Shown here piece after piece: positions 23,518-37,047 of a stretch of DNA of 64,000 bases. The notes under the pieces were generated by a model. It was not told the DNA's origin, did no database searches, and was given only the letters and a program-made list of their open reading frames with translations. Position 1 is the first letter of the stretch; the number at the start of each line of letters is the position of its first letter. The translations under genes and the position numbers were made by a program. This DNA is from Zootoca vivipara. Lineage: Eukaryota. The DNA lies in NCBI RefSeq assembly GCF_963506605.1, contig NC_083281.1:14322001-14386000 (forward strand), given 5' to 3'.

Positions 23518-26500
23518 ATGTCGGACAAAGAAGAGGCGGCAGGAGAGGGTTTCCAGAGACAAAAGGCCGCACCATCTCTGCAGAAAGATTGGATCCCGTC
23601 CCCTTGGAGGGAAGGACAACTTCAAACCGTTGCCGTTGAAGAGCCTCTTCCTTCTCCAGAGCTCTCTGGATCGGCTAGTGGTACCACACAAGGAAAGGGT
23701 AGATGTGGAAGAGGGTGAACTGGGCCTGAAAGGAGAATGAATAATGGTGTGGGTGTAACATTGCTGTGGTAAAGGTAGCCCCTGGACGGTATGGGGTTGC
23801 GGCGCTCATCTCCTTTTCGGGCCGAGGGAGCCAGCATTTGTCCACAGACAGCTTTCTGGGTCATGTGGCCAGCAGGACTAAACCGCTTCTGGCGCACGGA
23901 GGACAGTGACAAGTGCCAGAGCACACGGAAATGCTGTATACATTCCCTTCGCAGTGGTCCCTATTTATCTACTTGCACTGGCGTACTTTCGAACTGCTAG
24001 GTTGGCAGGAGCTGGGAGTTCACCCCATCACAGGGATTCAAACTGCCGACCTTCTGATTGGCAAGCCCAAGAGGCTCGGGGGTTTAGACCACAGCGCCAC
24101 CCGCGTCCGCTCTGGCACTCATCACAGCCCTCCGTGCGCCGGTAGCGGTTTAGTCATGCTTGCCACATGACCCGGAAAACTGTCTGTGGACAAATGCCGG
24201 TTCCCTCGGCCTGAAAGCGAGATGAGCGCCGCAACCCCAAGTCGCCTTTGACTAGACTTACCTTTTTACCATTGCTCTGGTGGTGGGTGGCAGAATATTG
24301 TTACCATAGCTTTAATCCAGTAGCACTAAGAGGGAAAGCGAATCCTCTGGGTTAAACCTGCCGAATGTTGTAGCATTCATGTTTTGCTTCTGGCCTTCCC
24401 TTAGGGGCGTGTGGTTGGCTGCTATGAAAACAGTATGCTGGACTAGATGGGTCTTCGGTCTTATCCAGCTTCAGGGCTCTGATGCTCTTAACACTAGCAA
24501 TTTAACCTCTTTGGCGGTGCCTTTTCCTGCAAAATCCAGTCTTTGTAGGGATCCAAAGGCTTAATTTATTCCAATGACCACTTCATTGCCCTATTATTAT
24601 TTATTTATATCAAATTTATATCCCACCCACCCTCCCAAGCTCAAGCTGTAATACGTATGCTAAAAGTTGCCATAGGATTCTTTTAGTGCTTGATCCATGC
24701 TTGAGCTCAAAGGGCAAATTCTTACAATATATGATGAATAATGCAGAAAGTGATTTCTTGAAAAGTCTATGTATCTCAAGAGTTTGAAAATAAGATAAGA
24801 TAAGAGATAAGATAATCTTTATTGTCATTGCCCCCCTGCGGGAACAATGAAATTGCTCGGCTGCTCCATCCACTTAGATAAGGCACTCCGCATAAATTTA
24901 AAATAACTACAAAACATTAATTAAACAATACAATACTAAATGGCAAGTCAAAATAAGATGACTTCAAAGTCCAGACTTTCCATTTAAGGCCGAAATTGCT
25001 CTAGAGAAGAAACTGTTCTTGAGACGACTTGTTCTTGCCTTCATTGTTCTGTATCTCTGTCCCGATGGCAGGAGCTCGAAGAAACGGTGACCAGGATGCG
25101 ATGGATCTCTTGATATGTCTAGTGCTTTCCTGTGGCACCTGGTGATATAGATTTGTTCTAAGGTGGAGAGTGAGCAGCCAATAATGCTCTCCACTCTCCA
25201 TTATTATGTTTTAATAATTCTGCACAACCCTATCCTATCCTGGGAAGTACAGCTTCCGTACCACACGCGTAACTCATAAGTGAGCATGCTCTCAATGGCA
25301 CAGTGATAGAAGGCAAGCAGCAGCTTTTGCGGAATATGGTTTTTCCTTAGAATTCTCAAGAAGTACAGTCTCTGCTGCACCTTCTTCACAAGCCCCCTTG
25401 TGTTGACACTCCAGCATAGATCCTCCTGTAACTCAGTCCCCAGGAATCTGAACGTTGTTACCCTCTCCACGCAGATTTCATCAATCAAAAGTGGCTGGAC
25501 ATTGTTCTTCTGTCTCCTGAAGTCCACCAGGAGCTCCTTTGTTTTATTTGTATTTATGAGCAAGTTATTAACTCTGCACCACTCTGTCAGCCGCTCCACC
25601 TCATCTCTATAGTCCATTTCACCCTCCTCATCAGAGATGAGCCCGATCACGGTTGTGTCATCTGCAAATCTCACAACCTTGTTACTAGGGTAAGCAGCGA
25701 CACAATCATACGTGTAGAGAGTATAAAGGAGCGGACTAAGTACACATCCCTGTGGTGTTCCTGTGTTAGTCCTAAGCATATTAGAGGTGTAAGGGCCCAA
25801 CCGAACCCTCTGGGGGCAATCTGACAGAAAGTCCAATATCCACCCACAAAGTGATGGCGAGAGCCCCAGATCTCCCAGTTTAGACATCAGGCGTCACGGT
25901 AGAATGGTATTAAATGCCGATCTGAAATCTACAAAAAGCAGTCTGGCATAGCTCCCCCGCTGCTCCAAATGTGCAAGAACAGCATGTAGGGCAATCACCA
26001 CAGCATCCTCTGTCGATCTTTTCGTTTTATAGGCAAATTGGAATGTGTCTAATCCCTCTGGTAGGCAGGCAATAACATAATTTCGTACCAGCTTTTCAAA
26101 GCACTTCATGATTACAGGTGTGAGTGCTACTTGACGAAAGTCATTCAGATTTTCCGGATTAGATTTTTTTTTTTGGTATTGGAACAATAATGGAAGACTT
26201 TAGGCAGGATGGAACAATAGCCTGGGCTAGGGATCGATTTAAAATCCCAGTGAAAACTCCTGCTAGTTGATCTGCACAGTCTCTTAATACCCTTCCAGCT
26301 ACCCCATCCGGCCCTGTAGCCTTCCTTGAGTTGATTCCCTTCAACACCTTCCTCATCTCTCCTTCTTCCACATTAAATGCTACATTCCTTTGTACCGACG
26401 ATGGTGATGGTGGCAAAGCCTCCACAGGTGTCGCTGCAGTTGTTCCTTCAAAACGGGCAAAAAAGACATTCAACTCCTCTGCAAGGGATACCCCTCCTTC

Positions 26501-29500
26501 GTCTGCCAGGGAATCTTTGGATTTATACCCCTTAAATTCCTGTACACCTCGCCACATCTGCCTAGTGTTGTTACTCTGTAGGTGATTCTCCAACCGCTGT
26601 CTATACGGCTCCTTGGCCACACAGATACCTCTCTTTAAGTCCGCTCTGGCTAAACTGTACAGCGACCTATTTCCACTCCTGAAAGCAGTGTTTCTTATCT
26701 TTAGCAACCCCTGCACCTCCCTCGTCATCCAGGGCTTCCTGTTTGGGTAGATCTTTATCCGGCGCCTCTGTGTCAAATAAGTAGCAGACCTGCAGCAGCT
26801 TCACATTTTCGTGTGTAACCACAATTCTAACCATATAATCCATTTATTTTGTCAAGCTTTCTGTATGTGAAATGCTTCTTAATAAATATTTTACAAAGCA
26901 CTGTCTGTTAAAAGGTAACAGACACTCCTCGACTCTGCAAAAGAAAAAATAGAAAAAATGAGAACTTGTTAAGCTTAGTAAAGGTTAAAAGCACATTCTT
27001 CCATACAGGAGGTATGGGTGACCTCACAAAGCATCCTGCGTCTTCTAACCATCACCCACCCCAACTGTTTCTACCTTAAGTAGGTCTTTGTGCCCTGCCT
27101 CGTGGTAACATTTATATCAGTTCTGGATTAATGTAAATAAAACTGCATGATTGCTGTAGGTCTACCACCTGTTTTCCTCTTCATGTGTAGACATTGGGAG
27201 CTGGAAAGTCAGTATATTTTGTGGGTGTTGAGAGTAACAGGCAGGTTCCTGCTTTCCTTTCTGCCCCACTCTCGTGTTTTGTTTCTCTGCTTTGGCACCC
27301 CTCCTCACTTCCCCACTGATGTTCTTTCTGCAGCACACCTTCTGCCCTCAGCTTCTTTTAAGGAGCCACTCCTGGATGGATGGGATCAACCAATCAAAGA
27401 TGTTTCTGATGCACAACTGGAGAAGCAAAAGGAAAGTATGTCTTGTGAGAACTGCAAAGCTTGGTCACATCCACACCGTATATTTAAAGCAGGCATAGGC
27501 AAACTCAGCCCTCCAGATGTTTTAGGACTACAACGTCCGTCATCCCTAGCTAACAGGCCCAGTGGTCAGGGATGATGGGAATTGTAGTCTGAAAACGTCT
27601 GGAGGGCCGAGTTTGCCTATGCCTGATTTAAAGCATGTGGCTTTAAAAATCCTAGGAACAGATAGCAGTGTGTTCCTCACAGAGCTACAGTTCCCAGCTT
27701 ACTTCTCGGCAAGCAGTGTACTTTGAATGTACACTTTCTGCCTAGTAAACGCTCACTCCCTTTCCATGGATACTCTGAATTCTAGAATAGTGGAGTGGTC
27801 TAAACAGCTTGGATAGACACCTTCCCCACCCATTCCCATAAGGGCTAGGAATGAGCTATGGTTTTCCGATGGTGTGTAGCATGGTGCGTTCTCTGTGGTT
27901 ATGCGACTCCCAGGAGAAGGTGCTCTGCACACGTTCAGAGCTACTCTTGCCACCTTGTATGTCCCAACGCACCGAGAGACGTTTCTCAAGTTGAGTGCTG
28001 TCTCTCCAAACTGGTGGAGGCTTAACATTTCCTTTCCAATCCTAAATTGTGTGGGTGGGTTCACACAGAAACATAGAAAGAAGGTTATCATGGGAATGGC
28101 ACAATGTACTGTAAAGTACCGCAAATTGTAACAGGCAGATTTAATACAAGATAACTGTGTCTCGGTACATCTCACCTCAGTTGCCTTTTGTGTCTTGTAG
28201 CCTTGCCTGTTCTCCCAGTTTCTTCTGTAAAACCTCGGCCTGCTGGTAAGAATACATTCTTCAAAAAACGGCTTTTCTTTAACTTATTAATTCCTTGTCC
28301 TATATCCATAACTTTCATGTGTTGTTCATAGCAAATGTTGAATGCATTTGTTCCTTTTAATAGTCTTTCTGCTTTTTAAGATGCAAGTGACAAAGAGCCT
28401 GTGGCCTTTTGCCTTCCCTGCACGTGGTACAGGGTTCCCCACAAGGGCAACTTTAGGGATGGGAAAGACCCTAAAGAGATCTTTGAGAGCCCCTGGCAAA
28501 CAGTGCCAAGGGAAGGGGAACCTTTTTCAGCCTGAGGCTTGCATTCCAACATTCTGGGGGCCTCATCCTGGTGTTGGCCAGGGCCAGAGGCAAAAGCAGG
28601 TGGGTCAGTGGATGTGATTCTTGCTTTGTGCAGTAGGCTACATCCCAGCCACTCAGAAACCAGAGTTTTCAACACATACAGTGGTGTCTTGGTTCTCAAA
28701 TGCCTTGGTACTCAAACAACTTGGAACCCAAACACTGCAAACCCGGAAATAAGTGTTCCGGTTTGCAAACATTTTCCGTTTTGAGTGTTACCCTTCTGAT
28801 TTGAGTGCCACACTACCGTTTTGAGGTTTTGCTGAGGTTTGTCTGTTTTTGCTATTCATTTTGCGTTTTTGTTTTTTGTCGCTCTTCTTTTTTGTTGTTG
28901 TGACTGTGTGGAACCCAGTTCAGCTACTGATTGATTGATTGATTGTGCGACTGCAGTACATTGTTTATTGCTTTCATTTTATGGATCAATGGTCTTGTTA
29001 GATAGTAAAATCCAGGTAAAATTGCTGTTTCAGGGGTTGTTTTTAAAAGTCTGGAACGGATTAATTCATTTAGCATTACATTCTGTGGGAAAGCATGCTT
29101 TGGCTTTGGAATGCTTTGGTTTTGGAACAGACTTGCGGAATGGATTAAGTTTGAGAACCAAGGCAGCACTGTACATGACATGCCTGCCTCTCCATCATAG
29201 GCTAGCAAGAGATACTATTGCAATTAAAAGGAAACATTCCAGCCAGGCAATACTCATTTCCATTTGCTCTGGGGTTTTTACAATCTTTTGTACTGATACT
29301 TTGTGCAATATAAAGAGGTCCTCCACAGTATCTCTGCATTAATTTAAAAAAACCAAAGATACTCCTAGACCCATCATCTTTACAATAGCTTATCATTACA
29401 AGTGAAGGTGATAATGGGAGTAGCATTGCTGCCTGTGGCATAGTTCATCCCGCTATTACTGCAGGTTTTTGTACTGTTTTGAAGACTTTCAAAACCTTTT

Positions 29501-32500
29501 AGAGCAGAAACAGCAGTGGGACGAAAGCAAATGCGTCTTTCTTCCCACTGTTGTCTGTCTCCAGCTCTGTGAGGAGGGAACAGTCAGCAAGTGTCCACTC
29601 TCTTTTTCATGAGGTATCTGGCATTTGAAAAATGGTACATTAAATCTTGTCACGTTTGCAGAATAAGCAGAGGTGTCCAAGGAAAACATCCTGCCCCCTT
29701 TCTCTCCATCAGAAAATGAAGTTTCCCACACACAACGCTGTGCCGCTATTACCAGTGATATTTGTGAAATGCTTATTGGAGAAGACGTGCGGTACCAAGG
29801 CTGTATGAGCAGTGTGGCAGCATTCATACTGGAGAGAGGTGAGCCACTTCTGGCCTGTCTTCTTTGGGTTGTTGTTGTTTTTTTGGTGGGGGTGGAATCC
29901 TACCTAGATTTTAGGCATGGTGGCTATACTGACTTTAGAGCAGGCATGTCAAACCTGCGGCCCTCCAGATGTTTTGGCCTACAACTCCCATGATCCCTAG
30001 CTAGCAGGACCAGTGGTTGGGGAAGATGGGAATTGTAGTCCAAAACATCTGGAGGGCCGCAGATTTGACATGCCTGCTTTAGAGGATGAAAGGCAGAATA
30101 CCGCTGAGTGTCAGCTGCTGAGAAGCAACAACTTCATGGCTTGCTGGATTGCTTTCTGGAGGCAACCGGTTGGCCACTATTTGAAATGAGATGCTGGTCT
30201 GGAGCAGGAATTCCCAAACTTTTTTGGTCCACTGTCCCCCTGGTTCCATAATGTATCTCCAGTTTATCTTCCTGCTGCGACGGGAAGGTAAACTGCATTT
30301 CTGTGCGCTCTGGTTTCCGTCACGGTGTTCTGTTGCGCCAGAAGCAGTTTAGTCCTGCTGGCCACATGACACAGAAAGCTGTCTGTGGACAAACGCCGGC
30401 TCCCTCGGCCTGAAAGCAAGATGAGCGCCACAACCCCACAGTCGCCTTTGACTGGCCTGAAAAGCGAGATGAGCTCCGCACTCCATAGTTGTCTTTGACT
30501 GGACTTTACCGTCCAGGGGTCCTTTACCTTTACCTTTACCATATTAAAAACATTATTCAGAGTAGCAGTTTGCAAGACCCACTGGGAATATAATAGCACA
30601 ATAAAATTCAAAACAGTAACAATTAATTGCATATTTATTCAAATTTGAGTTAATTTTTTTAGTTTAATTAGTTAACAAAATGGATGAGCTTGATCCATTG
30701 ATACCGGCTTTTCAAAGACTGATAATCTTCGATGTGCAATTAGGATAATTTTATAAAATAAAATTGATAGTAAGTGAAATAACATGGAGAAAGTCAAGTC
30801 TAAGCATGTATTTAAGGAATTTAAATCAGGAGCGCAAAGGGAAGATAAGCCTTGGAAAAATTAATCACAAATGTATACTGTAAAAGCAAGTATGAATAAT
30901 TGTTTATTTTTTTTATTTCTTATTTTGCCTAAAACATCTATTGTATATTTCTTTTATAAAGTTTTCAACCAATAAAGTATATTAAAAAACAACAACAAAG
31001 ACTGATAATCATTTGCGCTTTCAACGCCCCCTTCTGACTCCTCACCTCTTAGTGCCCTCCTGGGTAATCCCACCGGTACAGCCCACTTTGGGAGCCATAG
31101 ATGGATCCTTGCTCTGATCCATCAGAGTTCTTCTTACATTCTTACGAGGAAGGAAATGCAAAGTAGTTCTAAAGGTGGGAGGGATGGAAACTCCATCTAG
31201 TTGGGGTCCTATACCAGCTCCAAGTAAGACATTGCAGCAATTTTGGCTTGTCCCCCACTCAGCACAACATTTAACATTTTCACACTTCCTTTCCTGTCCC
31301 TTCAGAGGTTGCCAACAGCCCAAGCTCCTACAAGGAGACCTACGAGGTGGTTGCCCTGGGAACAGGAGATGTATGCTATGAAGGCTGGATGGAGTTCCAA
31401 GGCAGGAGAATCCATGATATGCATGGGCTAGTGGTTGCCCGCAGAGCACTTCTGAGGTAAGGCACCCCTTCTTCCCAGCGCTGATGTGCAGTGCTGGTTT
31501 TATTGGCCAGGTTAAAGAAGAGCAATTTAGGAGGGAAGCAACAGGTTGAAGGCAGGATGTAATTTTACAAGGGAGGGGTGCCAGGAATGAATTGTGCCTG
31601 GAAATCACAAGAGGTTCTTATTTCTAATCCCAGATGTTGGGGACTGGTTGGGATAACCTAATGGTCAGGGAAACTCACTTAGTATTTGCTCAGAGGTATT
31701 CTTCTCTAATGCTGCCTTGCATGTTCTAGAGATGAACCCTCTTATCACTAGAAAGCCCATGACTGGAGTTGGTAGTTGGAGTTGGCAGCTAGCTATAGCC
31801 CCCACACTGGAAAAGGGAGTTCTTCAAACAGAGGAGCAGAGGAGTTTGGCATCAAGACGGAGGAGCAATGAGATTTCTTCAAGCATTGCCCAGTTACTGG
31901 TACTTGGTGTCATGCTTCAAAATACATGTTACATGGATTGGGGAGAAAATCCATTTTTGTTTGCACTTTAATGAGAAACTGCTGGATTCATAGTTCACTA
32001 TCCAATGTGCAAACTGAAACATAGCTCTCTTTCAAAATCTGGAATTTTATGCTTTTAGTTTTTTTTTATTAATCAAAACAAACTCTTTAACAATCAACTG
32101 AGATGTGAAACAATGATAACAGAGGGTAAAGTAAGCAAACTACCATCTCTTTCATTGATGTACAGTNNNNNNNNNNNNNNNNNNNNNNNNNNNNNNNNNN
32201 NNNNNNNNNNNNNNNNNNNNNNNNNNNNNNNNNNNNNNNNNNNNNNNNNNNNNNNNNNNNNNNNNNNNNNNNNNNNNNNNNNNNNNNNNNNNNNNNNNNN
32301 NNNNGAAGGGAGTATCTGGATATGGGTGGCAAGAGGTTGCCCTGCGATCTGATTGAATGCCCAAAGACACAACAGCCTTTACAAGCTACAATATTTGGTA
32401 TTCTCAGGTACTTATACAAGCAGCTACTGATGTACTGCTGCCAAGACCCCACCGCCCTTGAGAAGTGCATCTTCCGCCTGGCAGAGGACGGGGTGCATCT

Positions 32501-35500
32501 GACTCTGAAACCAAATTACTTTCTGCATCTCTACCTGAGTCGGAGGCCCAAAGGAGCTTCCGAGAACACCCGGTGAGTGTTTGCCTGTGGCTCAGAGCAG
32601 GATACAGAGCAGAAAGGTCTCAGTGTGTGGAAGTGAGAGGTGGCAGGGGAGAGGGGAAAGAGTGTGCAGGTCAGATGGGCTGTTTTGTCTTTGGGGCGGG
32701 GAGGCACATCTCGGTGGCAAGTGGAGGCTGGACCGATAGGGCAAATGAGGCACTATCCTATCAACTTCCACCTGCCCTCAGCCAGCCCCTGCCACAGCTG
32801 CCTTCTTACTTGTAACCGTTCTGAGGACTGGCACTTGCTTTTAGCTTCCTCCTCTTGTCTTAGCATTGCCCCTGCAGAACTTGGGAGGGAGGGGGACGGA
32901 ACTAGAAGGAGCTGGTTCTGCCTGTTGTTCATTATGGCTCCATTTAGCTGTTGGCCTCCTTGCCTTCTGGTCTCCTGGTCCCATAGGGCACCAGCCCCTG
33001 CATTTGGGAGAAAGCTAAGAAAGCCAGGAGAAGGGTTTTGATCCCCACTCAGGTTGCAGAAAGACAATAGATTGTAGGAGAACTGCAAGTGCTTTGAGAG
33101 AGGCATTCGCAATTTGTAAGGTGCACACTAATTACTTCTGGCCTCTTGTGTTTGGTGAGACAGGTTTTTGAAGCAACCTCCCCAAAACCTGTAAAAGCTG
33201 TTTATCCTCTCTTTCTATGGTTTTTTTTGACAATTGACAAAATAGCAGCTCAGCAGCCAAGCTTGCATCAGGCGAAGTTTTGTCAATTATGATCTTTGCA
33301 TTTCCTCCAATCCAAGAGGCTGCTTTTTTGCGTTAAGAAGAAAAGAATAATACTTTTAATTTATTATATTCTGCCTTATTTCCATCATAGCTTTCCAGGT
33401 AACATGCAGGAATCCCTGGCGGTCTCTGCATCCAGTTGCTGGCAGGGTGCAGACCTGCTTAGCGTCAGCACAGTGGCAGCACCCTGTTTCTTCAGACCAC
33501 CCCCTGGGATCTTCCAGTCCCAATTCATGTACATGCATTCCTCCCCACACTGCCCTCTCTGAGTTGATGGAATTTCCCCTTTCCCTCCTGTGGCCTGCAG
33601 GATTGTGTCTCCGCAGCCGAATCCATCCATTGGGCTCCACATCAGCGCTAAAGGGGTGCTCAGGCCCATCTCGTACTGCCGCCCCAGCACGCTGTCTGCC
33701 TACGTCTACTGTGTCTCCAGCAGCGACAAGCTGACCCGCTGGAGCGCCTTGGGAGTGCAGGGGGCCCTTCTCAGCCACATCATCCACCCTGTGTACATCA
33801 CCAGCATTGTCCTAGGTGACGTATGTTTTTGCTACTGCAGAACTCGCATAAAGAGCCCATGAACTGTATTGGCAGCATCTAAACCGCAGAAATGTTTGCA
33901 TTCCACGCTTGTACATCCCAAGGCTTTCCTTGCCTCGGGGCACTAAATGAACAAAAATCCTTTTGAGCTTTATCAGCATGCTAATACACAGGGTCCTAAG
34001 GAGCCTCTGAGGGGACCCTCTTGCAGGGGTTGCCCCCAAAGCCAACTCTCTGGGGATCGCAAAAAAATTAAGAAAAAATTGGGCGGACACTCCCTTCAGG
34101 GGTAACACCTCTCTCCATATGAACCAACCTGGACCCAGGGATCATCCTCTGAGGCCCTTCTTCGTGTGCCTCCTCCACAAGAGGTCAAGAGGGTGGCAAC
34201 ACAAGAACAGACCTTTTCTGCAGTGCCTCCCATTTGTGGAATACTCTCCCCAAGGAGATTCATCTGGCGCCTTCATTACACCCTTTTAGATGCCAGTTGA
34301 AAATGTTCCCCTTCAACCAGGCCTTTGGCTGATTGACATCTGATGCTCTTTTAAATGTGTTGTAGGAGGGGCGGATTATTGGTTTGTTTTTGTTATTTTA
34401 ATTCTGTATTTTGTGCTTTTATATTGTAGCTCTATGTTGTGAACTGCTCTGAGATCTAAGGATGAAGGGTGGTGTACAGTTTTAATAAATAAAATAGTTA
34501 TAGTAATACCCCCATGGCACAGTAAGTGCAGGAACAGGTCAGGGCTCCTTAAATGGCAGCTGAGCTGTTTACTGCCTTGCCTCTCTCTCTGACTGCAGCT
34601 TAAATTACATCAGTGGCTTAGTTGTCATGGGCAGGGTTGGCAGCCCCTAGAGTCCTCTAGTGGGGTGCAGATGTGGGGCTGGCTGTGCACTAAGCTCCCA
34701 GACTACATCGGTCTTGGAATTCTCCACCTTCTCCTCGGAAGTAACTTGCTTTCTCTCCTAATTTCACATTTCAGCTGATCCTTACCAAGACCACGACACC
34801 CTCCATAAGGTCATCAATGAGCGACTGAACCTGGCAACCCCGGATAGCTTGCCAAAGCCATTTAACCACAGGCAGATATACCTTTTTAAGGGTCCCTGTG
34901 TCGCTTCCCTTGACACGCCAGCAGAGTTTCGCTCCTTGAGCTTCAACTGGTGTGGGGGAGATGAGATGCTGGAACTAGTGAATGCAGCTGTTGGGAAGGC
35001 AGTACAGGAGTGAGTTTGGGGCACTGAGGGCTTGGGTGTGGGAATGTGGTGGGCCTAGGATGGGTGTGTGTGGGTGTTAGGAATAAGTTGTGGTTTTACT
35101 GCTAATAAAAGGATCCGAACTTGACAAGCAGAACTTGGTGGCTTCTCTGTTCCTGTAAATTATGCTCTTTATGCAGGCACCCCTTGTGCTAATAAATCAT
35201 TTGGATTGTTCAGGAGCAGGGGCAGCCAGTGAAAAGTAAAGACCGACAACGTCTTTATGTGTTTGGGTATCTGAGAATTTACTGCTTTACAGAGGGTTGA
35301 AATGGGAAACAGCTGAGGGTTAGCTACTTGAGTGCCTGTTTGATGCCAAGTTTTGCTTTTAGGCCTGTGTTTTGGGAGGCGGGGAGCTGAGAAAGAAAAG
35401 GTCCTCCAGCTGTTGGGAGTCCAGTGCAGTCTTCCCTACCTCTAAGCTCTAAACATTGGCAATAAAACCATAAAGAAATTCAAATCCAATACTAAAGGCT

Positions 35501-36999
35501 ACTTTGTAACTACATGGCTACATGTCAACGGAACACTATACAGTGGTGGTGTAGTTTGTTTGTTTTCTTAAAATGAGGACTTACTCCTCCTGCNNNNNNN
35601 NNNNNNNNNNNNNNNNNNNNNNNNNNNNNNNNNNNNNNNNNNNNNNNNNNNNNNNNNNNNNNNNNNNNNNNNNNNNNNNNNNNNNNNNNNNNNNNNNNNN
35701 NNNNNNNNNNNNNNNNNNNNNGTGTAGAAAGGAAGGCATAGTGGTAATTGCTGAATTCAGATTCTGTTAATTCCACACATTTGGATTCTTGAGTCAAAAC
35801 CTGGTCATTCTCACTCATGGCCTTTCTTGGTACTGTGGTTGAATTGTGTGCTGGGACACACTGGCTTTTGTTGTTGTTGAGGTCCTGCTTCATTGTGAGG
35901 TGTTGCTGTTGATTTATGTAAAGCCCCATGTTGATGGATCGCTCTTGCCTCTGCCAGCATGGCAAATCCATGTGACCAGTTCCACCCCAGTCGGCTCTGC
36001 AAGGCTGCCATGCTGAAATCCTTCAGGAAGGTGGCTGAGGAGATGAAGAGAGACGACTTGATGCTGCTGCCCACATATTATGAAGCCAAGGTGAGTCTTT
36101 TCAGTTGCCCCAAAGAGTGTGGGGTGGGTTTTGGTTCCCTTGTTTTCCTTTCATTGAGGTGGTCTGTTCTTCATGGGGTTACACATCCTCTGAAGAAGCG
36201 GGTACATAGCTTGAGGTTACTTTTGGATCCATTGAAGTTGCTTGAGTCTCAGGTACGGAGTGCTTTTCATCAGCTTCAGCTGGTGCCCCTATCTAGACAG
36301 GCATAGTCTAATTTTTGTTGTCCATGCTCTGGTAACTAGGTTAGATTGCTGCAACATGTTATACATAGGGCTGCCTCTGAAAACGGTTCAGAAACTTCAG
36401 CTGGCTTGGATACAGTTTATTAGAAAAAACAGTGAAAAACATTAAAAGATGGCCATTAAAGTTTGAAAAACAGAGACATAAGCAAGATAGAAAAATACAA
36501 GGTAGAGATAAATAAAATAAAATATTGAACATGATGTTGTAAACTGTATATAAAAGCTGTATGTATATATATAGAATAGATAAGATGTGAGACTAAAAGA
36601 GGAAGATGAAAGTTGATAGAAGAAAGCAAAAGATAAAAGTGACAGAAGGAAACAGGAAAGATGGATGGAAGTCAACTCTTAGGAGTAAAGAGAAAGAAGA
36701 TTTAAAAAACAATGTGAGATGTAATGGAATGTGTATATGATGGAAAATCAATAAAAATATATATTTAAAAAAAGGAAAAAAAAACTTCAGCTGGTGCAAA
36801 ATTTGGTTGGACATGTTGCTCACAGAGGCTAGACAGTTTGAGCATATATTGCCAATCCTGGCCTGACTGCAGTTTCTGTCCATTAGTTTCTGGGCCCAAT
36901 TCAAAGTGATGGTTTTGAAGCCCTAAACAGCTCAGGACTGCAATACCTCAAGGACCGCCTCTCCTCATATGAACTGACCCAGACTCTGTAGTAGTAGTA

Positions 37000-37047
<48 letters not shown>

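Noticed and set aside
27870-28131. Candidate hidden dsRBD exon of the ADAD2-like gene
   Set aside because: None of the three forward frames resembles a dsRBD.
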